Source: an uncultured Ignavibacteriota bacterium (GTDB taxonomy: Bacteria > Bacteroidota > Ignavibacteria > UBA10030 > UBA8401). Taken from it: a stretch of DNA of 64,000 bases. Positions within the stretch are counted from its first letter, which is position 1, and every line of letters begins with the position of its first letter. The DNA is taken from NCBI GenBank assembly GCA_903884005.1, contig CAISDA010000004.1:46218-110217 (forward strand), in the 5' to 3' direction. Shown piece after piece: positions 1 to 9,346 of this stretch. The notes under the pieces were generated by a model. The model made no database searches. It was not told the origin of the DNA and saw only the letters and a program-made list of their open reading frames with translations. Both the position numbers and the translations under genes were made by a program.

Positions 1-635
1 AGGATAAAATACAGAAGAATGCCTGCACCGCCTGTTGCAAGGCACAAGACCACGTAGAGTATCCGCGTCAAATTCGGATCGATGGAAAAATATTCCGCCA
101 ATCCGCCGCAGACGCCGAATATTTTCCGGTCCGTGAGCGAGCGCCGCAATTGACGCGGAGCCGTCGGCTGAGCCTGAGCCGGAGCCGTCCGTTGGGGTTC
201 CGACGGATTCGCAGGCGCGTCGGGGATCTGTTCATTCTGGCGATAGTAGATGATGGCCATGCCGAGCAATATCAACAGAATCGGGAAAATAAAATTCCAT
301 GATATATCCCACGCGTGCATGAAGGCAAAGACGCCAAGGTTCGACAGCAGGAACATGCCTCCAAAAAATATCAACAGGCCGCCGAACACGTACCGGATAT
401 TGATCCTCGAGACAGGAGCGACGTCAGGGTTCGCATCGTTGACATCGTACGGCTGCTTGGGCAGCAGGATGATCGAGACGATATAAATGAGAAAACCGGA
501 TCCGCCAAAAAAGGCCAGGAGCACGAACAGCAAACGCATGATCACAGGATCGACATCGAAATAGTCGGCATAACCGCCACACACGCCGGCAATGACCTTG
601 TTCTTTTGTGAACGGTAGAGTCGTCGGGGTTCCAT
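1..635 (-). CDS. PspC domain-containing membrane protein, two PspC domains (partial; C-terminus lies beyond the left edge)
   Basis: Hand translation from ATG at 635 downward gives MEPRRLYRSQKNKVIAGVCGGYADYFDVDPVIMRLLFVLLAFFGGSGFLIYIVSIILLP... and, further on, a second copy RKIFGVCGGLAEYFSIDPNLTRILYVVLCL. The frame stays open to position 1. It is missing from the ORF track because no stop lies inside the window. Confidence 0.8.
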   Translation of the reverse strand, partial: MEPRRLYRSQKNKVIAGVCGGYADYFDVDPVIMRLLFVLLAFFGGSGFLIYIVSIILLPKQPYDVNDANPDVAPVSRINIRYVFGGLLIFFGGMFLLSNLGVFAFMHAWDISWNFIFPILLILLGMAIIYYRQNEQIPDAPANPSEPQRTAPAQAQPTAPRQLRRSLTDRKIFGVCGGLAEYFSIDPNLTRILYVVLCLATGGAGILLYFI

Positions 636-720
636 AGTCTTTGTGCCTTTCCGAATGAGGTATCGATGATGTCTCTATAAGGTCTTACGGGGGAACGCGC
701 CGCATGTTGCACATTGTCGC

Positions 721-753
721 AAATAAAAAAGCCCCATCAAGGATCGATGAGGC
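721..753 (-). terminator. Intrinsic terminator after frr
   Basis: Minus strand reads GCCTCATC-GATCCTT-GATGGGGC (8 bp with one G.U pair) followed by TTTTTTATTT, about 30 nt after the frr stop. Confidence 0.75.
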
Positions 754-783
754 TTTGAATGATCTGTTGATGCCCGGGGACGC

Positions 784-1341
784 CTACACTTCCATGATCT
801 CTTTTTCTTTGGCGGCGAGCAGGGAATCGATGTCTTTGATGGCCTTATCGGTGTATTTCTGGATCTCCAGTTCAGCCCGCTTGCGCTCATCCTCCGAAAA
901 ATGTTCGTCTTTTTCGGATTTTTTCAGGTGTTCGATCTCGTCGCGGCGGATGTTACGGACGGCGATCTTGCCTTCTTCGCCGAATTTTTTGGTGAGCTTC
1001 ACCAGTTCCCTGCGGCGCTCTTCGTTCAGCGGCGGAATCGGCACACGGATCATCGTACCGTCGTTGCTCGGATTGAATCCGAGGTTGGCCGCCATTATCG
1101 CCTTGTCGATCGGGCCGAGAAGATTTTTATCCCAGGGCGTGACCGTGATCATATGGATATCGGCAATGCTGACGGTGCCGACCTGATTGAGCGGCATCAT
1201 CGAGCCGTATGATTCAACTTTTACCGTATCCAACAGCGCGGTCGTAGCCTTGCCCGTCCGAATTCTAATCAATTCCGAACGGACGCTTTCGATCGCTTTG
1301 TGCATGCGGGTTTCGGTTTCTTTTAAAATATCTTTCAGCAT
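784..1341 (-). CDS. frr: Ribosome recycling factor
   Basis: Internal Met of ORF 784..1482 gives 185 aa starting MLKDILKETETRMHKAIESVRSELIRIRTGKA..., a typical RRF length and sequence. pyrH-frr synteny. The longer ORF-track start would overlap pyrH. Confidence 0.95.
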   Translation of the reverse strand: MLKDILKETETRMHKAIESVRSELIRIRTGKATTALLDTVKVESYGSMMPLNQVGTVSIADIHMITVTPWDKNLLGPIDKAIMAANLGFNPSNDGTMIRVPIPPLNEERRRELVKLTKKFGEEGKIAVRNIRRDEIEHLKKSEKDEHFSEDERKRAELEIQKYTDKAIKDIDSLLAAKEKEIMEV

Positions 1342-1358
1342 ACGATTCACTCCTGTGA

Positions 1359-2093
1359 TTAATTGACTGATGGCGCAGACCCATTGACCGTTGTCCCGAT
1401 CTCTTCGCCGAGCACAAGGCGTTTCAGATTTTGGGGGACGTTCATATTGAACACGGCAATGGGAAGTTTGTTTTCCTTGCACAGTGTTATGGATGTCATA
1501 TCCATGATCTTGAGATCCTTGCGGAAGACATCGTCGAAAGAAATGAGCGAAAAACGCACGGCCGCAGGATTTACTTCCGGATCGGAATCGTAGACGCCGT
1601 CGACGCGCGTTCCTTTAACGATGATGTCGGCTTCGACCTCAATGCCGCGCAGCACCGCAGCGGTATCCGTTGTAAAATACGGATTGCCCGTGCCGGCGGC
1701 AAAAATGACGATGCGTCCTTTTTCGAGATGACGGATGGCACGGCGCCGGATGTAGGGTTCGGCGATGCGTTCCATGTTGATGGCGGTCTGGCACCGGGTA
1801 AAAACGCCGTGACGTTCAAGGGCGTTCTGCAGGGCAAGCGCATTGATGACCGTGGCCAGCATTCCCATGTGATCGCCGGTCACCTTGTCTATGCCGTCGG
1901 TCGAATTCTCGACGCCGCGATAAATGTTGCCGCCGCCGATGACGATGCCGATCTGGACGCCCAGCGCCTGAACGGCCTTGATCTCTTCGGCGTATTTGCT
2001 GAGCACCTCAGAGTCGATACCAAACTCTTTTTCGCCCATGAGCGCTTCGCCGCTGAGTTTCAGTAATATGCGTTTGTATTTGGGGACTGGCAT
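1359..2093 (-). CDS. pyrH: UMP kinase
   Basis: [20 protein letters not shown]..., GGGNIYRG and the amino-acid-kinase fold. tsf-pyrH-frr synteny. Confidence 0.95.
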   Translation of the reverse strand: MPVPKYKRILLKLSGEALMGEKEFGIDSEVLSKYAEEIKAVQALGVQIGIVIGGGNIYRGVENSTDGIDKVTGDHMGMLATVINALALQNALERHGVFTRCQTAINMERIAEPYIRRRAIRHLEKGRIVIFAAGTGNPYFTTDTAAVLRGIEVEADIIVKGTRVDGVYDSDPEVNPAAVRFSLISFDDVFRKDLKIMDMTSITLCKENKLPIAVFNMNVPQNLKRLVLGEEIGTTVNGSAPSVN

Positions 2094-2120
2094 CGACGTC
2101 TCCGATCTTCAGAGTTGCTG

Positions 2121-2152
2121 AATACAAAGAAAGGTCTCCACGGAGACCTTTC
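2121..2152 (-). terminator. Intrinsic terminator after tsf
   Basis: Minus strand reads GAAAGGTCTCC-GT-GGAGACCTTTC (about 10 bp with a 4-nt loop) followed by TTTGTATT, 18 nt after the tsf stop. Confidence 0.75.
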
Positions 2153-2169
2153 TGGTTTCGACTGCATTG

Positions 2170-3003
2170 TCAGGCGCCGAGTTGATACCGCTTGAACTGC
2201 TGTATCGTGACTGTCGGAGCGAGCAGATCTTTGATCGCCTTGCCGGCGTCTTTAATATAACTTTGTTCGAGCAGCACAAATTCCTGATAAAATTTTTCGA
2301 GGCGGCCGGTGGCAATCTTGTCGGCGATCTGTTCCGGCTTGCCTTCAAGCCTTGCCTGTTCGCGGTAGATCGCAACTTCGCGGTCGATCGTTTCCTTGTC
2401 CACTTTGTCGCGGCTCACAACAATCGGTGACATGGCGGCGACCTGCATGGCGATGTCGCGCGCAAGACGAACATTGTCCACGGTGTTCTCTGCGTTCAAT
2501 TCCACAAGCACGCCGATCTTGGCGCCCATGTGAATGTACGATTCAATAAAGCCGGAGCCGGCGGTGACGACGTCGAACTGTTTTATTTGGAGCTTCTCGC
2601 CGATCCTGCCCGTTAATTCGTTGAGCATCTCGCCGACAGTTTTGCCTTCGGCATACTGCAGCGTGCTCAATGCATCGAGGGATGCGGGAGCATTCGCAAA
2701 AACGATCTCGGCTACGGTGTTGGCGAAGCCCGCAAAATCGTCGCCGCGCGCCACGAAATCGGTCTCGCAGTTCACTTCAACGATCGCGCCTTTTGTGCGG
2801 TCGCCGGACAGTTTCGCGACAATCATGCCCTGGTTGGCAACGCGGTCTGCGCGCTTTTCGGCTGTGGCGGCGCCTTTTTTGCGCAGGTAATCGATCGCCG
2901 CTTCCATTTCGCCGTCTGTCGCTTCAAGCGCTTTTTTACAATCCATCATTCCTGCGCCGGTCTTGTCGCGCAGTTTTTTAACAAGTTCACTGGTGATAGC
3001 CAT
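2170..3003 (-). CDS. tsf: Translation elongation factor Ts
   Basis: MAITSELVKKLRDKTGAGMMDCKKAL is the UBA-like N-terminus typical of EF-Ts. I chose the ATG at 3003; the ORF-track start at 3024 would add 7 aa. Confidence 0.93.
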   Translation of the reverse strand: MAITSELVKKLRDKTGAGMMDCKKALEATDGEMEAAIDYLRKKGAATAEKRADRVANQGMIVAKLSGDRTKGAIVEVNCETDFVARGDDFAGFANTVAEIVFANAPASLDALSTLQYAEGKTVGEMLNELTGRIGEKLQIKQFDVVTAGSGFIESYIHMGAKIGVLVELNAENTVDNVRLARDIAMQVAAMSPIVVSRDKVDKETIDREVAIYREQARLEGKPEQIADKIATGRLEKFYQEFVLLEQSYIKDAGKAIKDLLAPTVTIQQFKRYQLGA

Positions 3004-3086
3004 AGAAGTACACTCAATTGTCATAATTGTGAGAAGGCCGTCCGGCCACCGCGCACAGCGCTGACCGGATGGCGTTCGAAGTTCAC

Positions 3087-3821
3087 TTACTTTTTGTCTT
3101 CTTGTTTTTCTTTTTCGTCGACGGCGCTGGCTGCATTCTGACGTTCGCGGCCTTCGATCAATGCATCGGCAACGGCCTTCATGATCATCTGAATGGACTT
3201 CAACGCATCGTCGTTGGCGGGGATCACATAATCGACTTCATCGGGATCGCAGTTGGTATCGACGATGGCGAACACCGGGATGCCTAATTTCCGGGCTTCT
3301 TTCACGGCGATCGATTCTTTTTTCACGTCGACAACGAAGAGGGCGCCCGGAAGACGGGTCATATCCACAACGCCTGAAAGGACGGAATTCAATTTGTCTT
3401 TTTCGCGCGTGAGGAAGAGGCCTTCTTTTTTCGTGATCTTATCGAATGTGCCGTCTGTTTCCATTTTCTGGATGTTCGTCAAACGCTTCACGCTCTTGCG
3501 AATGGTGGTGAAGTTGGTCAGCGCACCGCCGAGCCAGCGCTCGCAAATATAAAATTGGCCGGCGCGTTCAGCTTCTGCGCGGACGACTTCCTTCGCCTGC
3601 TTTTTGGTGCCGACAAAGAGCACCTTCTTGCCGTCGGCGACGGCGTTCGCGATGGCCGTACAGGCTTCATCGAGCAATGTCTGTGTCTTTTTCAAATCAA
3701 TGATGTGGATCCCGTTCCGTTCCATAAAAATGTACGGTTTCATCTTGGGATTCCAACGGCGGGTAAGGTGTCCGAAATGGGCGCCGGACGAAAGCAGATC
3801 GGCAAGTTCTACGCGAGGCAT
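3087..3821 (-). CDS. rpsB: 30S ribosomal protein S2
   Basis: [24 protein letters not shown]..., acidic/lysine-rich tail. rpsB-tsf synteny. Confidence 0.96.
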   Translation of the reverse strand: MPRVELADLLSSGAHFGHLTRRWNPKMKPYIFMERNGIHIIDLKKTQTLLDEACTAIANAVADGKKVLFVGTKKQAKEVVRAEAERAGQFYICERWLGGALTNFTTIRKSVKRLTNIQKMETDGTFDKITKKEGLFLTREKDKLNSVLSGVVDMTRLPGALFVVDVKKESIAVKEARKLGIPVFAIVDTNCDPDEVDYVIPANDDALKSIQMIMKAVADALIEGRERQNAASAVDEKEKQEDKK

Positions 3822-3937
3822 AGTGCTCCTAGGGTGTATGTTAGTTGATGTCTTCTACGTTCGTCATCTCACCGCGGAATCCATTGCTGCCAATGGACAC
3901 ATCCGCGCATGATCGGAACGTATGTTTGATGGTATGC

Positions 3938-3973
3938 ATAACGAAACAGCGCGAGCGTAAAACGCCCGCGCTG
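3938..3973 (-). terminator. Intrinsic terminator after rpsI
   Basis: Minus strand reads CAGCGCGGGCGT-TTT-ACGCTCGCGCTG (11 of 12 bp paired) followed by TTTCGTTAT, about 15 nt after the rpsI stop. Confidence 0.65.
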
Positions 3974-3988
3974 CGAACAGCACAACGA

Positions 3989-4381
3989 TTAACGCTTGGA
4001 GAATTGGAACCGTTTACGGGCCTTCTTCTGTCCGTATTTTTTACGTTCCACCATACGCGGATCGCGTGTCAAGAGGCCGTTCTGGCGAAGCGGCGACCGA
4101 AGTTCTTCATTCGTTGACACGAGCGCGCGAGCGATCGCAAGCATGACTGCGCCTGCCTGGCCCGATGTTCCGCCGCCGTTCACATTGACCTGCACGTCGT
4201 ACTTGCCGAGCTGCTCGGTAACCATGAAGGGGTTCAAAATGGCATTGCGGAACGTTTCCAACGGGAAATACGTTTCAAACGGACGCTTGTTCACGGTGAT
4301 GACACCGGTTCCGTTTTTCAAGAAGACGCGGGCGACCGAAGTTTTACGGCGGCCTACGGCATTAATCGCTTGATGAGGCAT
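3989..4381 (-). CDS. rpsI: 30S ribosomal protein S9
   Basis: 130 aa with [10 protein letters not shown] and the C-terminal [17 protein letters not shown]. rplM-rpsI synteny. Confidence 0.96.
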   Translation of the reverse strand: MPHQAINAVGRRKTSVARVFLKNGTGVITVNKRPFETYFPLETFRNAILNPFMVTEQLGKYDVQVNVNGGGTSGQAGAVMLAIARALVSTNEELRSPLRQNGLLTRDPRMVERKKYGQKKARKRFQFSKR

Positions 4382-4407
4382 TCTCTTCCTTTGCGAAGCT
4401 GTAATGA

Positions 4408-4854
4408 TTAGTTGAATGAAAGCGGTGCAGGTTGCTGTGACTCGTGCGGATGCACGGGACCTGCATACACTTTGAGTTTCGAAAAGATCTTTCGGCCCAA
4501 ACGCGTATGGGGTATCATGCCTCTGACGGCATGTTCCAAAATGCGTTCCGGATGGTTCTTGATGACGTCCTTGTATTTTGCAAAGACAGCGCCACCCGGA
4601 TAGCCTGTGTAATGAAAATATTCCTTCAACTCGGCACGCTTGCCCGTGATGCGTATCTTTTCGGCATTGACGATGATGACAAAGTCGCCTGCGTCTGCGT
4701 TGGGAGTAAAAGTGGGTTTATGTTTGCCGCGCAATATGCGCGCAACTTGCGTTGCAAGGCGGCCTAACGTTTGACCGTTGGCGTCAACCACGAACCATTT
4801 TTGCTCAAGTTCGGATTGTTTGAAAAAATATGTACTCTTATCACCGAAAGCCAC
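4408..4854 (-). CDS. rplM: 50S ribosomal protein L13
   Basis: 148 aa with [39 protein letters not shown] lies 6-8 nt upstream of the ATG. Confidence 0.96.
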   Translation of the reverse strand: MAFGDKSTYFFKQSELEQKWFVVDANGQTLGRLATQVARILRGKHKPTFTPNADAGDFVIIVNAEKIRITGKRAELKEYFHYTGYPGGAVFAKYKDVIKNHPERILEHAVRGMIPHTRLGRKIFSKLKVYAGPVHPHESQQPAPLSFN

Positions 4855-4940
4855 GATCGTCTCCTAATGAAAATATGAAAAACTGCATTTCTAAAAGTTT
4901 CAAAATGTAGCGATTATCCCGATAAAAATCAAGCATATTT

Positions 4941-4975
4941 TTCCAAAATATTCTGCTCCGATAAAAATATCGGAG
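4941..4975 (-). terminator. Intrinsic terminator after pdhC (end of the long lpd..pdhC unit)
   Basis: Minus strand reads CTCCGATA-TTTT-TATCGGAG (8 bp) followed by CAGAATATTTTGG, 63 nt after the pdhC stop. Confidence 0.6.
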
Positions 4976-5037
4976 TACTGCCGAATTTGCACGGGTTTTT
5001 AGACCTTTGTCACGGCGAACGAAGCGCAGAATCTCCC

Positions 5038-6258
5038 TTACAGCGCCAACATGGCCGGGTGCTCAAGGATTTTCTTCATAGTCTGCATGAACCGGGCTCC
5101 CGCAGCTCCGTCGACCACGCGATGGTCGCAGGAGAGCGTCATCTTCATGCGATTGCCCACGACGATCGCACCGTTCTCCACGACGGGCGTTTCACGGATC
5201 GAGCCGATGGCAAGAATGGCGCCTTCGGGGGGATTGATGATGGCCGCAAAATTGTCGACGTCATACATGCCAAGATTGCTGATGGTGAACGTGCCGCCGG
5301 TGAATTCTTCGGGTTTCAATTTTTTGCCCCGCGCGCGGCCGGCAAGTTCCTTCGTCTCGGCGGCAATTTCGGCGAGCCCCTTCGAGTCGGTGTTGCGTAT
5401 CACCGGCGTGATCAGGCCGTCGTCAACCGCAACGGCGACGCCGACGTGCACGGCGCCGTATTGGATGATTTTTTCGGGAGTGAACGTGGCGTTCACCTCG
5501 GGATGCCGGCGAAGCGACAGCGCCGCCGCCTTCACGATGATGTCGTTAAAGCTGATCTTCACATCGCCCGCCGCATTGAGCGACGTCCGGAATGCGATCG
5601 CCGGTTTCATGTCCGCTTCCACCGTAAGATAAAAATGCGGGGCGGTGACCTTGCTTTCGACGAGCCGTTTTGCGATCGTCTTGCGCATGAGCGTGAGCGG
5701 AATTTCCTTCGTCTGGCCGGTGACGGCTGCGCGCACTGCGCCTGCGGGAGCAGAGACCGGGGCGGCAAAGCTTTCGATATCGCGCTTCACGATCCTGCCG
5801 CCCGGGCCGGAACCTGGAACGAGCGAGACGTCGATGTTTTTGCCCTCGGCAATTTTTTTAGCAAGGGGAGAGATCTTCACGCGCCCGTGGTCGGGTGCCG
5901 GCACATCCGCCGGTGGCGGCGATGCCGGAACAGAGGCGGCACCGGGGGCGTGCGCAACTGCACCTGCCGGCGCAGAAGCAGCGCCTGCGGTCGAACCGAG
6001 CAGTCCGCTGATGTCCTCGTCCGCAGTGCCGATGATCGCCAGCGGGGCGCCGACCTTGACCCCTTCCCCCTCGTTCACAAATAATTTCCGAATGACGCCT
6101 CCGTCGTACGCCTCCTGCTCCATGTCCGCCTTATCGGATTGGATATCGGCGAGGATGTCTCCCTGTTTAATGGATTCCCCTTCACGCTTGCGCCATTTCA
6201 GAATTACGCCTTCATCCATCGTATCGCTGAGTTTCGGCATCAACATCATTGTTGCCAT
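5038..6258 (-). CDS. pdhC: Dihydrolipoamide acetyltransferase (E2) of a pyruvate/acetoin-type dehydrogenase complex
   Basis: Single lipoyl domain (LADIQSDKADME), Ala/Pro linker, E3-binding segment (ISPLAKKIAEGKNIDVSLVPGSGPGGRI), catalytic SCDHRVVDGA. Confidence 0.9.
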   Translation of the reverse strand: MATMMLMPKLSDTMDEGVILKWRKREGESIKQGDILADIQSDKADMEQEAYDGGVIRKLFVNEGEGVKVGAPLAIIGTADEDISGLLGSTAGAASAPAGAVAHAPGAASVPASPPPADVPAPDHGRVKISPLAKKIAEGKNIDVSLVPGSGPGGRIVKRDIESFAAPVSAPAGAVRAAVTGQTKEIPLTLMRKTIAKRLVESKVTAPHFYLTVEADMKPAIAFRTSLNAAGDVKISFNDIIVKAAALSLRRHPEVNATFTPEKIIQYGAVHVGVAVAVDDGLITPVIRNTDSKGLAEIAAETKELAGRARGKKLKPEEFTGGTFTISNLGMYDVDNFAAIINPPEGAILAIGSIRETPVVENGAIVVGNRMKMTLSCDHRVVDGAAGARFMQTMKKILEHPAMLAL

Positions 6259-6308
6259 TGTGTCATTCCTTTTCTATGGTACGGCCTAAGAGTGGAGTGC
6301 AGCACTGT

Positions 6309-7292
6309 TCATGATCGGCGGTAGAGAACTTTTTTCACGGCTGCCACCACCTTCGCGGCATTGGGGAGCGCCAGCTGCTCCAAATTGTTTGCGTACGGCA
6401 TCGGTATGTCCGCCGCATTGATTTTTTCAACGGGAGCATCCAGATCGTCGAACGCCTTCGTGTGAATGCGATAGGCGATTTCGGTGCCGACGCTGGCGAA
6501 CGGCCACGAATCTTCGACGATGACGCAGCGGTTCGTCTTGCGGACGGACTGGAGGATCAACTCTTCATCCAGCGGACGGAGCGTTCGCGGATCGATCACT
6601 TCCACCGAGATCCCCTCTTTTGCAAGTTCGTCGGCGGCCTGCAGTGCAACGGCCACCATTTTCGTCCATGCGATGAGCGTCACATCCGAGCCTTCGCGTT
6701 TGATGTCGCCCTTGCCGATCGGAATGAGGTATTCCCCGTCGGGGACCTCGCCCTTCTGGCCGTACATCAATTCGCTTTCAAGGAACATGACGGGATTGTT
6801 CGAACGGATGGCGGACTTCATCAATCCCTTCGCGTCGTACGGAGTGGACGGCGTCATCACGATGAGGCCGGGAACATGTGCGAGCATCGACTCGAGCGCC
6901 TGCGAGTGCTGTGCGCCGAGCATATGCGCGGGACCGTTCGGGCCGCGGAACACGATTGGAATGGTAAACTGTCCGGCGGACATGTAGTGGAGCTTTGCGG
7001 CATTGTTCATGATCTGGTCGAAGGCGAGGATTGCGAAATTCCACGTCATCATTTCAACGATGGGACGGAGCCCGACCATGGCCGCCCCGATCCCGATGCC
7101 CGCGAACCCGGCTTCGGTGATCGGCGTGTCTATGACGCGCTTCTCGCCGAATTTTTTGAGCATGCCCTGCGTCACCTTGTAGGCGCCGTTGTACTGAGCG
7201 ACTTCTTCGCCCATGATGAACACACTCTGATCCCGTTCCATCTCTTCGCACATCGCCTGATTGAGCGCTTCGCGTATTTGTAATTGTGCCAT
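6309..7292 (-). CDS. pdhB: Pyruvate dehydrogenase E1 component, beta subunit
   Basis: 327 aa with VIDTPITEAGFAGIGIGAAMVGLRPIVE, a transketolase-like Pyr domain and C-terminal domain. Sits between the E1-alpha and E2 genes. Confidence 0.9.
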   Translation of the reverse strand: MAQLQIREALNQAMCEEMERDQSVFIMGEEVAQYNGAYKVTQGMLKKFGEKRVIDTPITEAGFAGIGIGAAMVGLRPIVEMMTWNFAILAFDQIMNNAAKLHYMSAGQFTIPIVFRGPNGPAHMLGAQHSQALESMLAHVPGLIVMTPSTPYDAKGLMKSAIRSNNPVMFLESELMYGQKGEVPDGEYLIPIGKGDIKREGSDVTLIAWTKMVAVALQAADELAKEGISVEVIDPRTLRPLDEELILQSVRKTNRCVIVEDSWPFASVGTEIAYRIHTKAFDDLDAPVEKINAADIPMPYANNLEQLALPNAAKVVAAVKKVLYRRS

Positions 7293-7357
7293 CGACTCTC
7301 GTCCTTCTCTAAAAGTATTCCCTGCTCAATGGAGCGCTTCCGCGTCCCGTAATGGAG

Positions 7358-8374
7358 TTACGCATAGACGTGCTTGTCCAGCATGTCGATGGGCGGTTCG
7401 GGACTGTTGTCTGCAAACTCGACCGCATCGGCAATCGTACGTTTGATCTCCGCATCGAGCACGTCGATCTTTTCCTGTGTGAGGATGCCGAAGGACATCA
7501 GTTCGGCGCCGAATGTGAGGATCGGATCGCTCTTCTTGTATTCTTCCACTTCGTCCTTCGAACGATACGTGCCCGGATCGGACATCGAGTGCCCGCGGAA
7601 CCGGTAGGTGCGCGCTTCAAGCATGGTGGGAGTGCTGTTCGTGCGGGCGCGATGGATCGCTTCGGTTACCGCCCGGTACGTTGCCACCACGTCCATGCCG
7701 TCGACCGCCGCGCGGTCCATATGGTAGCCTGCGGCCTTATCATAGAGGTCGCCGCCGGCAGAGGCGCGCTCGATGGCGGTGCCCATGCCGTACCAATTAT
7801 TTTCGCAGATGAAGATGACGGGCAATTTCCACAGCATCGCCATGTTCAGCGTTTCGTGAAAGACGCCCTGGTTAGACGACGCTTCGCCGAAGAAGCAGAT
7901 CGTCACCGAATCTTTTCCCTGATATTTTGTCGCGAACGCCGTGCCCGCTGCAAGCGGCGGATGTCCGCCGACGATGCCGTATCCGCCCATAAAGTGCCGT
8001 TCGGCATCAAAGAAATGCATCGACCCGCCCATGCCCTGCGAACAGCCCGTTGCCTTCCCGAAAAGTTCAGCCATGGCCGACTTCACATCCATCCCGCGCG
8101 CGATGGCCTGGCCGTGATCGCGATAGGCGGTGAAGATATAATCGTCCTCACGCAGCGCGGCAATGGCGCCGACTCCCACGGCCTCTTGCCCGATGTAGAG
8201 ATGGCAAAAGCCGCCGATCTTTCCCTTTCCATACTCCTGAGCGGCACGCTCTTCGAAGCGGCGGATCGTCAACATCCGTTTATACATATCGATCAATCGT
8301 TCATCCGAGAGATCGAGATCTTTCCATCGGGCCTTCTTGGCTTCCCGGGGTTCCTTTACTGCAGCATTCGCCAT
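7358..8374 (-). CDS. pdhA: Pyruvate dehydrogenase E1 component, alpha subunit (TPP-binding)
   Basis: 338 aa with RRFEERAAQEYGKGKIGGFCHLYIGQEA and the TPP motif FFGEASSNQGVFHETLNMA...ICENN. Confidence 0.9.
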   Translation of the reverse strand: MANAAVKEPREAKKARWKDLDLSDERLIDMYKRMLTIRRFEERAAQEYGKGKIGGFCHLYIGQEAVGVGAIAALREDDYIFTAYRDHGQAIARGMDVKSAMAELFGKATGCSQGMGGSMHFFDAERHFMGGYGIVGGHPPLAAGTAFATKYQGKDSVTICFFGEASSNQGVFHETLNMAMLWKLPVIFICENNWYGMGTAIERASAGGDLYDKAAGYHMDRAAVDGMDVVATYRAVTEAIHRARTNSTPTMLEARTYRFRGHSMSDPGTYRSKDEVEEYKKSDPILTFGAELMSFGILTQEKIDVLDAEIKRTIADAVEFADNSPEPPIDMLDKHVYA

Positions 8375-8461
8375 TCGGCATCTCCTTCAAAATAAGAAAT
8401 TTTCGATTCATCGTTGCCGTCATCCACGCCTCCGGCCATCGGCCAAAAGCGGAACCCACAC

Positions 8462-9343
8462 TTACAACTGCTGTGCCGCATGATACGAACTGCGCACCAG
8501 CGGGCCCGACTCCACAAAGCGGAATCCCATTGCGATGCCTTTCTCTTTGAACACCGCGAACTCATCCGGATGCACGTAGCGCAGCACGGGCAGATGAGCG
8601 CTCGTGGGCTGCAGGTACTGGCCGATCGTGAGTATGTCGCAGCCGGCCGCGTGCAGATCGCTCATGGTCTCAAGAATCTCGTCGTTCGTTTCGCCGAGTC
8701 CGACCATGACTCCCGATTTTGTCGTGAAACCACGCGCCTTCGATCGTTCGAGCACTTCGAGCGAGCGGTGATACTGCGCCTGCGGCCGCACTGTCTTATA
8801 GAGACGGGGCACGGTTTCAGTATTGTGATTTAAAATATCCGGCTGCGCGTCGAGCACGATGTTCAGGGCTTCGTCACTCCCCTGAAAATCGGGGATGAGG
8901 ACTTCGATGCGGCATGAAGGCAGATGCGCGCGTATCTCCTGGATCGTGGCGGCGAAGATGGACGCCCCGCCATCGTACAGCTCGTCCCTGTTCACCGATG
9001 TGACGACCGCGTGGCGAAGATTCATCAGTCCCACCGCCTCGCCCACACGTTTGGGCTCTTCATGATCGACGGTGTAGGCGCGCCCCGTTTTGATCGCGCA
9101 GAAACCGCAGCTTCGCGTGCACGTGTCGCCGAGGATCATGAACGTCGCCGTGCCCGAATTCCAGCACTCACCCATGTTCGGGCAGCGCGCTTCTTCGCAG
9201 ACCGTATGCAAGTTGCGGTCGTCGATGAGCCTGCGGAGCGCCGCATACTGTTCACCGCCCGGCACGCGCGCCTTGAGCCATTCGGGCTTGCGCACCCGGG
9301 GTTCCGGCTGCATCGGGATATCCTGTATGATCACGTCACTCAT
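8462..9343 (-). CDS. lipA: Lipoyl synthase (radical SAM)
   Basis: Auxiliary cluster [13 protein letters not shown] and radical-SAM motif CTRSCGFC. 293 aa. Confidence 0.95.
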   Translation of the reverse strand: MSDVIIQDIPMQPEPRVRKPEWLKARVPGGEQYAALRRLIDDRNLHTVCEEARCPNMGECWNSGTATFMILGDTCTRSCGFCAIKTGRAYTVDHEEPKRVGEAVGLMNLRHAVVTSVNRDELYDGGASIFAATIQEIRAHLPSCRIEVLIPDFQGSDEALNIVLDAQPDILNHNTETVPRLYKTVRPQAQYHRSLEVLERSKARGFTTKSGVMVGLGETNDEILETMSDLHAAGCDILTIGQYLQPTSAHLPVLRYVHPDEFAVFKEKGIAMGFRFVESGPLVRSSYHAAQQL

Positions 9344-9346
9344 GAG

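Noticed and set aside
4987-6084. 365-aa plus-strand ORF antisense to pdhC. Similar long antisense ORFs occur at 7352..8395, 6462..7283, 11792..12583, 12617..13621, 16054..16872, 19095..19853, 20830..21600, 27965..29716, 31087..32229, 33351..34046, 36276..37181, 45981..46733, 48239..49003, 50088..50897 and 60806..61987.
   Set aside because: Each lies entirely opposite a CDS with clear family signatures. Their translations are Arg/His/Gly/Asp-rich low-information sequences, typical of shadow ORFs in GC-rich genomes. None has a recognisable motif.
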